A stretch of DNA of 64,000 bases from Planctomycetota bacterium (GTDB lineage: Bacteria; Planctomycetota; MHYJ01; WSZJ01). The stretch spans positions 240,082 to 304,081 of the forward strand of contig JBBTCT010000009.1 of NCBI GenBank assembly GCA_038060895.1, written 5' to 3'. The notes beneath the pieces were generated by a model, which was not told the origin of the DNA, did not search any database, and saw only the letters and a list, made by a program, of their open reading frames with translations. Position numbers and translations under genes: made by a program. Every line of letters begins with the position of its first letter. Positions within the stretch are counted from its first letter, which is position 1. Positions 26,516 to 35,764 of the stretch are shown in pieces.

Positions 26516-29419
26516 ATGAAGCTGGCGATTCGCGTGAACGGGCAGGTCCACGTTTTTGAAACCGATCAGCCTGCCGTGACGTTCGGGCGCTCCCCGGATT
26601 GCGCGATCCAGGTCGGCGACCAGGCCGCAAGCCGGCTTCACTGCCGGCTGGAATCGACGCCGGAGGGGTGGAAGCTTGTCGATCTCGAATCCTCAAACGG
26701 GACGTCGGTTAACGGCCAGCTCACCAACAGCCGCCTCCTCAGGGATGGCGACGTGATCTCGATCGGCGCCTTCTCCGCCGTTTTGAACCCGGCCGCCGTA
26801 ACGCCCGTCGCCGATCCCGTTCGACCACTGCCCGCAGGTCCGGTCGCGCAGGTCGCCCGCGTCGATCACGCCCAGCGGGTCGTGTCTTCCGGCGCTCGCC
26901 GCGAAAAGGACGGAGCGCGCGGCCTGGTCGTCTCAGGCCTGCTCGCGGCTTCGCTCCTCTTCGGAGGCGTCTGGGCCGTCAATCACTTCTATGGCGGCAA
27001 CAACACCGCGGAACAGCGCGCCACGCTCGAAAAGGCATCGCAGCTCGCGTCCAGGGGCGAGCTGGACTCGGCCGAAAAGGCGCTGATCGAACTCCTCAGC
27101 CACCCCGTCGGCTCGGACATCCATAAGGACGCCAAAAAGGCGCTCGCGGACATCCAGGGCAGAATCGCCACGCGCGACGCGAAGGCGAAGCAGGCCGCCG
27201 AGGCCGCCGAGTACGCCGCGGCTTCGACGAAGCGCGCCTCCGATCTCCAGGCCGAATTCGACAAGGCCACGGCCGACGCCGACGCTCTCGTCGTGCAGGA
27301 GGCGTACGGTCCGGCGCTCGACATCTGGAAGCGGTTCAACGCGGACAACCCCGGTTCGGCGCTGTCTGCGAAGGCGGACGCCCGTCTCGCCGAGGTGATG
27401 AAGTCGGTCCAGGATGCCTGGGACGTCCTTGAGAATCGCGCCAACAGTCTTGTGAAGATGGAGGAAACGTCCGCCGCCGCGGCCCTCGTCGGGTCGTCAA
27501 TCGAGAAGTTCCAGGGCACGCGCTTCCAGTTCTCCGCGCAGGACAAACTCGCCGCCCTGAACCGCCTTGCGGGGCTGGGCACCGATGTTGCCGGGACCGG
27601 CTCCAAGCTTTCCTCCAGGACCCAGGACTCCCTTCTCACCGTGCTCGACCTCGTCAAGGCCCGCCGTTACGCGCAGGCCCTTCGCGAAATCGACGGCGTG
27701 CTGTCGGGCGCCGCCGCGGCCGAGAAGGCGAGCCTGGAAGCGCAGCGTGCGGAGATCGCTTCGCAGGCCGCCCTGTTCGGCAAGCTGGTGGACGCCGTGA
27801 ACGGCGGCTGGTTCAAGAGCCGCCCGCTCCAGCTGGCCAACGACATGAGCGCATACCTCGTGACCGCGACCGAGGACACCCTCTCGATCGACTTCCGCGA
27901 CGAGGCAGGCAAGGGCGGGACGACTTCGAAGCGCTGGCACCAGGTCGAGGCCGAAGACATGGTCGGCTACTTCCGGTCGCTGGACCTCAGCTCCGCCGAC
28001 CAGCTCTCGCTCGCCGCCTTCTGCTACAGCAACGCGATGAATTTCACCGCCGCCGAAGTGCTTTACGCCCTGATCCGCAAAGATGCTTCCCGCCAGGCCG
28101 CCGCCTTTGAGCTCGTGGCGCGCCAGCGCGGGATCGCCGTGCCGCAGAACGGATTCCAGTGGTACGAGGGCGGGTTCTACACGCAGGAAGAACTGAAGTT
28201 CGCGAAGCTCGAAGTGGACGCCAAGAAAGGCGCCCAGCTCGTGGCGCAGTCGGATCCGAAGAAGGCCGCTGAGGGGTACGCGCTGTACCAGCGGGTGATG
28301 GCGGACCCGTCCGGCTCGGCCGACCAGAAGGCCCGGGTGAAGGCCCAGTACATGAGCGCCGTCAAGACCCGGAAGGCGGCCCTGCTGAAGAAGCTCCAGG
28401 ATCCGACGGGCGTCGCCAGCGCGATTGCGATGCGCGAGGTGAAGAAGGAGCTGAATGAGCGGCGAGAGGAAGCTCTTCGCCTGATTTTCGACAAGGGGAC
28501 CTATTCGGACGAAGACAAGGGCCGGTCCGGGCAGTCGAAGGTGAATTCGGCGGTCGCGGCCGTCAAGGAGTTGTGGGACAACCCGATGCCGTGGGCCTCG
28601 AAGTCGGTCAAGTCGATCGCGGACCTGGTGAGCGGCGTCGAGCAGTCCAACGAGTGGCTGCGCAGCATGGGCGCCCCGGCGTCCGAGACCGATCCGTCCG
28701 CCGTCTCGTCGGCGTTGTCGGCCGCGGGAGCCGCTATGAATCTGCGCGAGTTCTGCATGACGGCCACGGAACGCATGCTTCTCGATCGTCACAAGGCCGT
28801 GACCGCGTACAACGACGGGCTCAGCGGATTCGAACTTCCGGAAAAGGCCTGCATCCGGGCGATCAACGACTATCGCTTCATGATGGGCCGCGCGGATCTC
28901 GAAGCGCAGGTGCAGCTGGGGACCGCGGCCCGGCAGCACGCTTCCAATATGCACGAAGCCAAGTACTTCTCGCACGAGGGGCCGTTGGCGAGTCGCAAGT
29001 CGCCCGCGGACCGCGCGCGCTACGCCGGTTATCCGGGCGGCGTGATCGGAGAGAACATCGCACAGGGCGTCGAGAGCGCCGGTTCGGTCTTCGAGGCCTG
29101 GTACAACTGGAGCACCTATCACCGGAACATGCTCAGCGACCTCTACACGCAGGTCGGCGCCGGCAAGTCCTGGACGCTCTGGACGGTTGACTTCGGCCGC
29201 GGCGGGTCCGCGATGGGCGCGACGGTAGCGGGCAAGGGCAAGGGCGGTTCCAAGGGGGGCAACCGCGATGGCGGCGGCGCTTCGGGCACCTCCGGCACTT
29301 CGGGCGGCTCCTCGAGCCGTGGCGGAACCAGCGGAAGCAGTGGCGGAATGACAGGTGGAACGAGGGGTGGAGTCGCAGGCGGAGTTGCAGGTGGTTCAAC
29401 CGGCGGCGGAGGATGCTGA
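26516..29419 (+). CDS. FHA - TM - helical - CAP domain protein, paralogue 2 (Gly-rich tail)
   Basis: FGR, SRLH, DLESSNGT; TM; HASNM, YFSH, GENIA, WYNWSTYHRNML; G/S/T tail ending in Cys. Confidence 0.88.
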   Translation: MKLAIRVNGQVHVFETDQPAVTFGRSPDCAIQVGDQAASRLHCRLESTPEGWKLVDLESSNGTSVNGQLTNSRLLRDGDVISIGAFSAVLNPAAVTPVADPVRPLPAGPVAQVARVDHAQRVVSSGARREKDGARGLVVSGLLAASLLFGGVWAVNHFYGGNNTAEQRATLEKASQLASRGELDSAEKALIELLSHPVGSDIHKDAKKALADIQGRIATRDAKAKQAAEAAEYAAASTKRASDLQAEFDKATADADALVVQEAYGPALDIWKRFNADNPGSALSAKADARLAEVMKSVQDAWDVLENRANSLVKMEETSAAAALVGSSIEKFQGTRFQFSAQDKLAALNRLAGLGTDVAGTGSKLSSRTQDSLLTVLDLVKARRYAQALREIDGVLSGAAAAEKASLEAQRAEIASQAALFGKLVDAVNGGWFKSRPLQLANDMSAYLVTATEDTLSIDFRDEAGKGGTTSKRWHQVEAEDMVGYFRSLDLSSADQLSLAAFCYSNAMNFTAAEVLYALIRKDASRQAAAFELVARQRGIAVPQNGFQWYEGGFYTQEELKFAKLEVDAKKGAQLVAQSDPKKAAEGYALYQRVMADPSGSADQKARVKAQYMSAVKTRKAALLKKLQDPTGVASAIAMREVKKELNERREEALRLIFDKGTYSDEDKGRSGQSKVNSAVAAVKELWDNPMPWASKSVKSIADLVSGVEQSNEWLRSMGAPASETDPSAVSSALSAAGAAMNLREFCMTATERMLLDRHKAVTAYNDGLSGFELPEKACIRAINDYRFMMGRADLEAQVQLGTAARQHASNMHEAKYFSHEGPLASRKSPADRARYAGYPGGVIGENIAQGVESAGSVFEAWYNWSTYHRNMLSDLYTQVGAGKSWTLWTVDFGRGGSAMGATVAGKGKGGSKGGNRDGGGASGTSGTSGGSSSRGGTSGSSGGMTGGTRGGVAGGVAGGSTGGGGC

Positions 29420-29480
29420 GGGCAGTAACACCCCGCCGGCAGTTGCCGGCAACGGAACGCACGAGACCGAAACTTAACTG

Positions 29481-29518
29481 GCGCACCCCGGAGGCGGAAG
29501 ACGCCTCCGGGGTTGCGC
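29481..29518 (+). other. Stable intergenic hairpin
   Basis: gcgca-ccccggaggcg gaaga cgcctccgggg-t-tgcgc with no U-tract. Confidence 0.6.
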
Positions 29519-29545
29519 TTCAAGAAAAGCGGAGAAAGCCACGTC

Positions 29546-32263
29546 ATGATTCGCCTTCTCATCCGGACGGGTGGGCAGAGCCGCGAGCTCTCCTTCGACG
29601 GGGCCGTCGTCAACTTCGGAAGCGGCGCGGAGTGCAAGGTCTGCGTGGACGATCCTCAGGCCGATGCGGAGCAGTGCCGCATTGAAAAGGTCCCCAACGG
29701 CTGGAAGCTCGTTGACCTCGAATCCACGAACGGCACGTCCGTGAACGGTGCCGTCGTGAACGCCCGCCTGCTCAAGGACGGCGACGTTATCCGCATCGGG
29801 GAGTTCGAGGCCGTGTTCAACCCGGGCGGCGCCTCCAGGACAGGCAAGCCGTCGCGCGCCGCGGCCCGCGCGGGAGCCGACGCCATGTTCTGGATCAAGA
29901 CCGGCGGCGTCGCGGCCGCTGTCCTGATCGCCACGGTCGTCGGCATCAAGGTTTTCGTCGGCGACGACAAGGCCGCCGCCCAGCGCGATTCCCTGAAGGC
30001 CGCACAGCAGACGGCCGGTAACGGCGACCTTGAGGCTGCCGAAGCGGCCATCAACGCGCTCCTTTCGGCGCCCATCGACCCGGGCGTCCAGCGTGATGCA
30101 AAGAAATCGCTCGACGACGTGCGCGCGAAGATCGCCTCCCGCAATGAAAGGGAACAAAGGGAACTGGAAGCGGCGATTGCGGCCGAGGAGGCCCGGCGGC
30201 GCGCAGACGAATTCCGGGTTCTGTTTGACGAGGCGACGACCGAGTCCGACCGCCTCGTCGTGCAGGAGAATTTCGGCGAGGCTCTGAACGTCTGGAAGAG
30301 CTTCGCGCGGGAAACGACGGACGCGGAATTCGCTTCAAAAATCGACGGACGCACGAAGGAAGTGCTGAAGGCTTCGCAGGACGCGTGGGATGCGCTGGAG
30401 ACGCGCGCGAACAGTCTGGTGAAAATGGAGGAGTATCCCCAGGCGGCGCTGGCGGTGGCGGCGGCCATCGAGAGATTCCAGGGAACGCGTTTCCGCTACC
30501 GCGCCCAGGAGAAGCTCGAGGGGATCCGCCGCCTGATGGGTGTGACGTCGGCGTACGTCGCCGGCGGCGCGAGCCTTACCGCCGGGGCGCAGGACTCCCT
30601 GCTCGCGATCGACGACCTCGTCAAGGCTCGCCGGTACGGGCAGGCGCTTCGCCAGATCGACGGCCTCCTCTCCTCGGTCACCGCCGACCATTCGGCGGCG
30701 CTTCGGGCCCAGCGCGCAGAAATCGCCGCGCAGGGAGAGTTGTTCGGAAAACTGGTGGCTGCCGTGAACAACGGCTGGTTCACGTCGCACCCGATCGAGC
30801 TCGGAAACGGAACCAGGGCCATCCTGGCGAAGGCGAACGACGAGGTTCTCGACGTCGAGTTCAAGGACGAGGAAGGGAAGGGCGGGACGTCTTCGCGGAA
30901 GTGGCCGCAGGTGGATGCGGAGGACATGCTCGGGTACTTCCGCGCGATCGAACTCGGGCCTGAGGACACGATCGCGCTGGCGGCGTTCTGCTACAGCAAC
31001 GGGCTCACCTTCGCTGGCGCGGAAATTCTGAGCGCAGCGATCGCTTCGGACCCCTTGAAGAAGCCGGCCGCGTTCGAGCTCGTCGCGCGCCACCGCGGCA
31101 TCCCGATTCCCGACGGCGGATTCGTCTGGTACGAGGGCGGCTGGTACACCAGCGAAGAACTGAAGTTCGCGAAGCTCGACCTGGACGTGAAGAAGGCGGC
31201 CCTGCTGCTCGGGAACATCGACGCGAAGAAGGCGGCGGAGGGGATGGCTCTGTACCGCCGCGCGACGAGCGACCCGTCGGCAGGGACCGAAGTGAAGTCG
31301 AAAGCGGTGACGCTCTGCGTCGGCGCCCTCAAGACGCGCCGGACGGCGATCCTGCGGAGGCTGCAGGACAGCCGGGGGCTCGTGAATCCCGCGGTGATGA
31401 CTGCGCTCAAGAAGGACCTGATCAAGCGTCGCCAGGCGGCCATCAAGGTCATCTTCGACGTGAAGATTTACCCCGAAGAGAATCACGGAATCGTCGGGCA
31501 ACCGACCGTGGACGCCGCCGTTGGAAAGGTTCGTGAGCTCTGGGACAACCCGCTTCAGGTGGTTTCGAAAGCAAATCCCGCGATTGAAAACATGATCGCC
31601 GCGAGCCAGCAGACGGACGACTGGCTGCGAGAGCTCGGCGCTTCCGCGACCGAAGCGGAGAAGGCCCTCGTGGCCAAGCTGCTGCTTCAGGTGAACGACG
31701 CGCTCAGCCTGAAGAACTACTGCATCAGCGGAAACGAGCGCTCCCAGCTCGAGAAATTCCGGGCCATCATGTCGTACAACGACCGCCATCTCGGCTTCGA
31801 CTCGCGCGAGAAGGACTGCATCCGGGCCACCAATGAGTACCGCTTCATGCTGGGAATCCAGGCCGTGGAAGCGCAGGACCAGCTGGGCCGCGCGGCGCGT
31901 AAGCACAGCGTGGAGATGGAGAAGCTCGGGTACTTCGCGCACGTCGGGCCGACGAAGGGCCTTGCGACGCCTGGCGAGCGGTGCGCAGCGGAAGGGTATG
32001 GCGGCGGCGGGGCCGAGAACATCGCCATGGGGAACGTCGAGGGAGAGCCGACGTTCCTGCAGTGGTACAACTCGAGCGGCCACCATCGCAACATGCTGGG
32101 CGGCCACACGCAGATCGGCATCGGCCGTTCGAACAACTACTGGACCGAGAACTTCGGCTCCAGCGGACCCTCGATGAAGGACAAGACCTCCGACGCGGGC
32201 GTCAAAGGTGCAAGTGTCGCGGGCGGTTCGACGGGCGGAGTGACCTGCGAAGACGGAAGGTAA
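29546..32263 (+). CDS. FHA(degenerate) - TM - helical - CAP domain protein, paralogue 3
   Basis: GGAG RBS; FGS and DAEQ replace GR and SxxH, DLESTNGT kept; HSVEM, YFAH, AENIA, WYNSSGHHRNML. Confidence 0.88.
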   Translation: MIRLLIRTGGQSRELSFDGAVVNFGSGAECKVCVDDPQADAEQCRIEKVPNGWKLVDLESTNGTSVNGAVVNARLLKDGDVIRIGEFEAVFNPGGASRTGKPSRAAARAGADAMFWIKTGGVAAAVLIATVVGIKVFVGDDKAAAQRDSLKAAQQTAGNGDLEAAEAAINALLSAPIDPGVQRDAKKSLDDVRAKIASRNEREQRELEAAIAAEEARRRADEFRVLFDEATTESDRLVVQENFGEALNVWKSFARETTDAEFASKIDGRTKEVLKASQDAWDALETRANSLVKMEEYPQAALAVAAAIERFQGTRFRYRAQEKLEGIRRLMGVTSAYVAGGASLTAGAQDSLLAIDDLVKARRYGQALRQIDGLLSSVTADHSAALRAQRAEIAAQGELFGKLVAAVNNGWFTSHPIELGNGTRAILAKANDEVLDVEFKDEEGKGGTSSRKWPQVDAEDMLGYFRAIELGPEDTIALAAFCYSNGLTFAGAEILSAAIASDPLKKPAAFELVARHRGIPIPDGGFVWYEGGWYTSEELKFAKLDLDVKKAALLLGNIDAKKAAEGMALYRRATSDPSAGTEVKSKAVTLCVGALKTRRTAILRRLQDSRGLVNPAVMTALKKDLIKRRQAAIKVIFDVKIYPEENHGIVGQPTVDAAVGKVRELWDNPLQVVSKANPAIENMIAASQQTDDWLRELGASATEAEKALVAKLLLQVNDALSLKNYCISGNERSQLEKFRAIMSYNDRHLGFDSREKDCIRATNEYRFMLGIQAVEAQDQLGRAARKHSVEMEKLGYFAHVGPTKGLATPGERCAAEGYGGGGAENIAMGNVEGEPTFLQWYNSSGHHRNMLGGHTQIGIGRSNNYWTENFGSSGPSMKDKTSDAGVKGASVAGGSTGGVTCEDGR

Positions 32264-32387
32264 AGTAAAAGTTCGGTAGAAGACGCTTGATTTCACCCCC
32301 GGGCGGGGTTCACAATAGCGCAGGGCGATTCGCAGCCGGCCACTACGGACGGCCCGAATACGCTGCAAAAAAAAGGGAGTGCGGCGC

Positions 32388-34034
32388 ATGACCAAGCAGA
32401 GGCTCTTCCTCGGGGCGCTGGGCCTCGTCCTGGCCCTCGCGATCCCGCTCGCGGCCGGGCCGTCCGGCGCCGAGTGGGACCAGATGAAGAAGGACTTCTA
32501 TCGCGACTTCGCCAACGCCGACATGGGCGTGAAGAAGTCCGCGCTGGAGCGCATCGCCGCGGTCAACACCGCCGATGCCGGCAAACTCCTGATCTCCGTG
32601 TACGGCGCGATCAAGCGCGACACGGACGCCCAGGAAAAGAAGATCCAGGTGGAAATCGACGACCTGGAGAACACGCTGAAGTCGTTGCGCAAGAATCCCT
32701 CCGCTCTTTCCGCGGGCGAGCAGGACCGGAAAGCGAAGCTGGAAGCGCAAGTGAAGGTGCAATCCGATGCCATCCAGAAGATCAAGAACGAGTCGAAAAA
32801 CCTGCTGGACACGATTGCCGGAGCAATCGGGAAGTTCACCGATCCGGCAGCGGTCGCCGAACTGCGGGCCCTGGTCATCAACAAGAACTCGGACTGGGCC
32901 GACCGGTACGCGGTTCTGTCCGGCCTCATCTCCGCCAAGTCGTCCGGCGTCGGCTCGATCTGCCTCGAAGCCGCGAAGGATTCGGACCCTCGGGTTCGCA
33001 TCCTCGCCCTCGATGCTCTTCTGAACCTGGACGAATGCAAGGCCGCCGAGTCGCTCTTCGTGACGGCCATCGAAGACCCCGCTCAGTGGCAGATCCGCCT
33101 CTGCGGCGTGTCGGGTGCCGAGAAGCTCCGCAGCAAGAACGGCATCGCCGCGATGATCCGCCAGCTCAAGAAGGAAGACGGTCGCCTTCGTGACGACATC
33201 TCCGGCGCGCTGAAGCGCATGATCGGGATGGATTTCGGCTACAACGCGCTGTCGTGGGAAGAGTGGTGGAAGACGAACGGCGACAAGTGGGACGGTAAGC
33301 CGATCGGCGGTGGCGCGACTGCAGGGAAGACTGAAAAGTCCCCCGGCGGCGCTCCGGGTGGAACCACGACCGAACCGCCGACGTTCTTCGGCCTCAAGAT
33401 CACTTCCAAGAAAATCGTCTTCGTCCTCGACGTCTCCGGCTCGATGCTCGACCCGAGCGCTCCGCCGGAAGGCGCTGACAAGCCGCCGCCGGTGGTCTCA
33501 GGCGGCGGGAACGGCCCGGCGCCGGCCCCGTGGGAGCCTGGCCTGAAGGGCGCGAAAATCGATGTCCTGAAGTACGAGTTCGAGAAGACGATGAACAAGC
33601 TGGAAGTCAAGACGACGTTCAACATCATCGTCTTCAGCGACAACCCGCTTCAGTGGAAGGACAAGATGCAGACGGCGACGCCGCCGATCAAGGCCGAGGC
33701 GATCGACTTCGTGAAGAAGCAGGCCGCCGCCGGCTCGACGAATACGGGCGACTCGCTCGAGAAGGCGTTCGAGCTCGCGGGGAACGGGTTGCACGACAAG
33801 TCATACGCCGCGCTCGTGGACACGATCTACCTCATGTCCGACGGGATGCCGTGCGCCGGCAAGTGGCCGACCCCGGACGAAGTCATCAAAAAGGTGCGGG
33901 AGTGGAACGTCCTCTCGAAGGTCATCATCAACACCGTCGGCATGGGCGACAAGGCCCTTGGCCCCGGCAACTTCAACGGGCAGTTCCTGCAGTCGCTTTC
34001 GCAGATGACGGGCGGGATTTTCGTGAAGCGGTAG
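32388..34034 (+). CDS. Secreted HEAT-repeat + von Willebrand A domain protein
   Basis: Signal peptide, coiled coil, HEAT repeats, WEEWW; PTFFG then MIDAS residues DVSGS, T (GSTNTG) and D (MSDGMP). Confidence 0.88.
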   Translation: MTKQRLFLGALGLVLALAIPLAAGPSGAEWDQMKKDFYRDFANADMGVKKSALERIAAVNTADAGKLLISVYGAIKRDTDAQEKKIQVEIDDLENTLKSLRKNPSALSAGEQDRKAKLEAQVKVQSDAIQKIKNESKNLLDTIAGAIGKFTDPAAVAELRALVINKNSDWADRYAVLSGLISAKSSGVGSICLEAAKDSDPRVRILALDALLNLDECKAAESLFVTAIEDPAQWQIRLCGVSGAEKLRSKNGIAAMIRQLKKEDGRLRDDISGALKRMIGMDFGYNALSWEEWWKTNGDKWDGKPIGGGATAGKTEKSPGGAPGGTTTEPPTFFGLKITSKKIVFVLDVSGSMLDPSAPPEGADKPPPVVSGGGNGPAPAPWEPGLKGAKIDVLKYEFEKTMNKLEVKTTFNIIVFSDNPLQWKDKMQTATPPIKAEAIDFVKKQAAAGSTNTGDSLEKAFELAGNGLHDKSYAALVDTIYLMSDGMPCAGKWPTPDEVIKKVREWNVLSKVIINTVGMGDKALGPGNFNGQFLQSLSQMTGGIFVKR

Positions 34035-34054
34035 TCTTGTACCCGGCAACACTG

Positions 34055-34089
34055 GGACCGGCCGCCTGCGAGGGCGGCCGGTTCTTTTT
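34055..34089 (+). terminator. Rho-independent terminator
   Basis: ggaccggccgcc-loop-ggcggccggttc followed by TTTTT. Confidence 0.75.
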
Positions 34090-34151
34090 CCGGGCGCGGA
34101 TCACCGCCCCGGGTATCTTGATGTCCCCGGCACTGGGAGCTTGTCTTCACC

Positions 34152-35684
34152 GTGAGTGACGCTGCCAAGCAGGTCAAGATCTCGCCCGACACCGTCGAGG
34201 GGTACACCCTTCAGCAGCCCCTTGGACAGGGCTCTACCGGCTCCGTATTCAAGGCGAAGCGGACGTCCGACGGAGCGATGTTCGCGATCAAGCTGATTTT
34301 CCCTGCGCTCTCGAAGAAATCCGACTTCAACGCCAAGTTCGTCCGCCTCGCGCAGATCGGCGGCAAGGTCGATCACCCGAACATCGTCAGGACGATCGCT
34401 TCAGGCATCTCCAACGGATTCCATTTCGTCGTCATGGAGCACGTCGAGGGCAAGACGCTCGAGAGCGTGCTTTCGCGCGGCGCGATGGACGAACAGCGCG
34501 CCCTCCAGATCGTCCTGTCGGTGGCCCGGGCGCTGAAGCACGCGCAGGATGCCGGCGTGGTGCACCGTGACGTCAAGCCCGCGAACATCCTGTTGCCGCG
34601 AGGCGGGGAAGCGAAGCTGGCGGACCTCGGGCTCGCCATCATGGCGACGAATCCGAAGCTGGTCGGGGGCGCGACAGGGACGCCGCACTACATGTCCCCG
34701 GAGGCTGCCCGCAGCGACGCCAATATCGACGTTCGCTCCGACATCTACAACCTCGGCGCCACGCTTCATCACATGCTCACGGGCCAGACACTGTTCACCT
34801 TCAACAACATCGCCGAGATCGTGGCCGGGCATCTCTCCGAGCAGCCCAAGGCCGCGAACAAGGTCAATGCGACCGTTTCGAAGGGTGCCTCGAAGCTCGT
34901 CCAGCGCATGACGGAGAAAAAAGCGCAGGACCGCCCCTGGCCTGCCGACGTGATCGGGTTCGCCGAGGCCCTCCTGCGCGGCGACAAGCCCTTCGAGTCG
35001 GTCGGCGGGCGTCCATCGCGAGCCAAGTCGCAGGAAGCCGAACCCCGGATTTCCAAGGATTCCCCGACGCCCGCGATGCCTCCACCCGCACTTCAGATAC
35101 CTCTTCCGAACCGCGTGAGCAACCCATACGAAGAGACGATTTCGACGCCGATGCCTTCGAGCGGGAAAGGGGCGCCCGGCCGCTCCCCGGCACCGCATCC
35201 TTCGCCCTATCCGCCGGCGCCGCCGGTGGCGCCGCCAGCGGCTCCAGGGCCGCCGCCCGGTCATCGGCACCCGAATACGGCCTATCCGACGCCTCCGGCG
35301 CAGCAGCCCGGGCAGGGGCCGCCGTCGTGGCCGCCGCAGCCCGCGCCGCCCCCGGGCCGCGCTCCGTCGGGTTATCCTTCGCCCTATCCCCCCGCGGCGC
35401 CCTATCCGCCGCCGTACCCGCCCCAGGGCTACCCGCCTCCTCCGTACGGGTATCCGCCGCAGGCGCCGCCGCCACAGGGCTACCCACCGCAGGGGTATCC
35501 CCCGCAAGGCTACCCGCCCCAGGGGTATCCGCCGCAGGGCTACCCGCCCCCTGCCGCCCCACCCGGCACGCCGGCGCAACCGCCACCCTCCCAGCCGCCC
35601 GCACCGCCGGCAGCGAAGCCTCCGAAAAAGGGGCCGCCCAAGGGAAAGCGGCATATCGGGCGGCGATGGGGCGACCTGATTTAG
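34152..35684 (+). CDS. Hanks-type Ser/Thr protein kinase, soluble, with Pro/Tyr/Gln-rich tail
   Basis: LGQGSTG, AIK, HRDVKPANIL, DLG, GTPHYMSPE, SDIYNLG; no TM seen; GYPPQ repeats. Confidence 0.93.
   Translation: MSDAAKQVKISPDTVEGYTLQQPLGQGSTGSVFKAKRTSDGAMFAIKLIFPALSKKSDFNAKFVRLAQIGGKVDHPNIVRTIASGISNGFHFVVMEHVEGKTLESVLSRGAMDEQRALQIVLSVARALKHAQDAGVVHRDVKPANILLPRGGEAKLADLGLAIMATNPKLVGGATGTPHYMSPEAARSDANIDVRSDIYNLGATLHHMLTGQTLFTFNNIAEIVAGHLSEQPKAANKVNATVSKGASKLVQRMTEKKAQDRPWPADVIGFAEALLRGDKPFESVGGRPSRAKSQEAEPRISKDSPTPAMPPPALQIPLPNRVSNPYEETISTPMPSSGKGAPGRSPAPHPSPYPPAPPVAPPAAPGPPPGHRHPNTAYPTPPAQQPGQGPPSWPPQPAPPPGRAPSGYPSPYPPAAPYPPPYPPQGYPPPPYGYPPQAPPPQGYPPQGYPPQGYPPQGYPPQGYPPPAAPPGTPAQPPPSQPPAPPAAKPPKKGPPKGKRHIGRRWGDLI
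35472..35549 (+). repeat. 15-nt coding tandem repeat (PQGYP x5)
   Basis: Synonymously diverged repeats ccacagggctaccca/ccgcaggggtatccc/... inside the kinase tail. Confidence 0.85.
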
Positions 35685-35704
35685 GGCGAACGGGCGAGCG
35701 TCAG

Positions 35705-35738
35705 AAAAAACGGCCTTCCGAAACTCGGAGGCCGTTTT
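35705..35738. terminator. Bidirectional terminator
   Basis: aaaaaacggccttccg aaact cggaggccgtttt between convergent genes. Confidence 0.8.
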
Positions 35739-35764
35739 GTCGTTTGCCCGCCTGCCCGCCCTCC

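Noticed and set aside
23888-32395. Long antisense ORFs (917, 541 and 686 aa) opposite the FHA-CAP genes, and similar ones opposite lepA, the U32 gene and the ABC genes
   Set aside because: Shadow frames expected from high-GC codon bias; no motifs; fully overlap well-supported genes.
23438-35684. Type VI/VII secretion or ter-type stress cluster (FHA + kinase + vWA)
   Set aside because: No Tss, FtsK/EssC, PP2C or TerY-triad genes; these FHA proteins are membrane-anchored CAP fusions and the vWA protein is exported.
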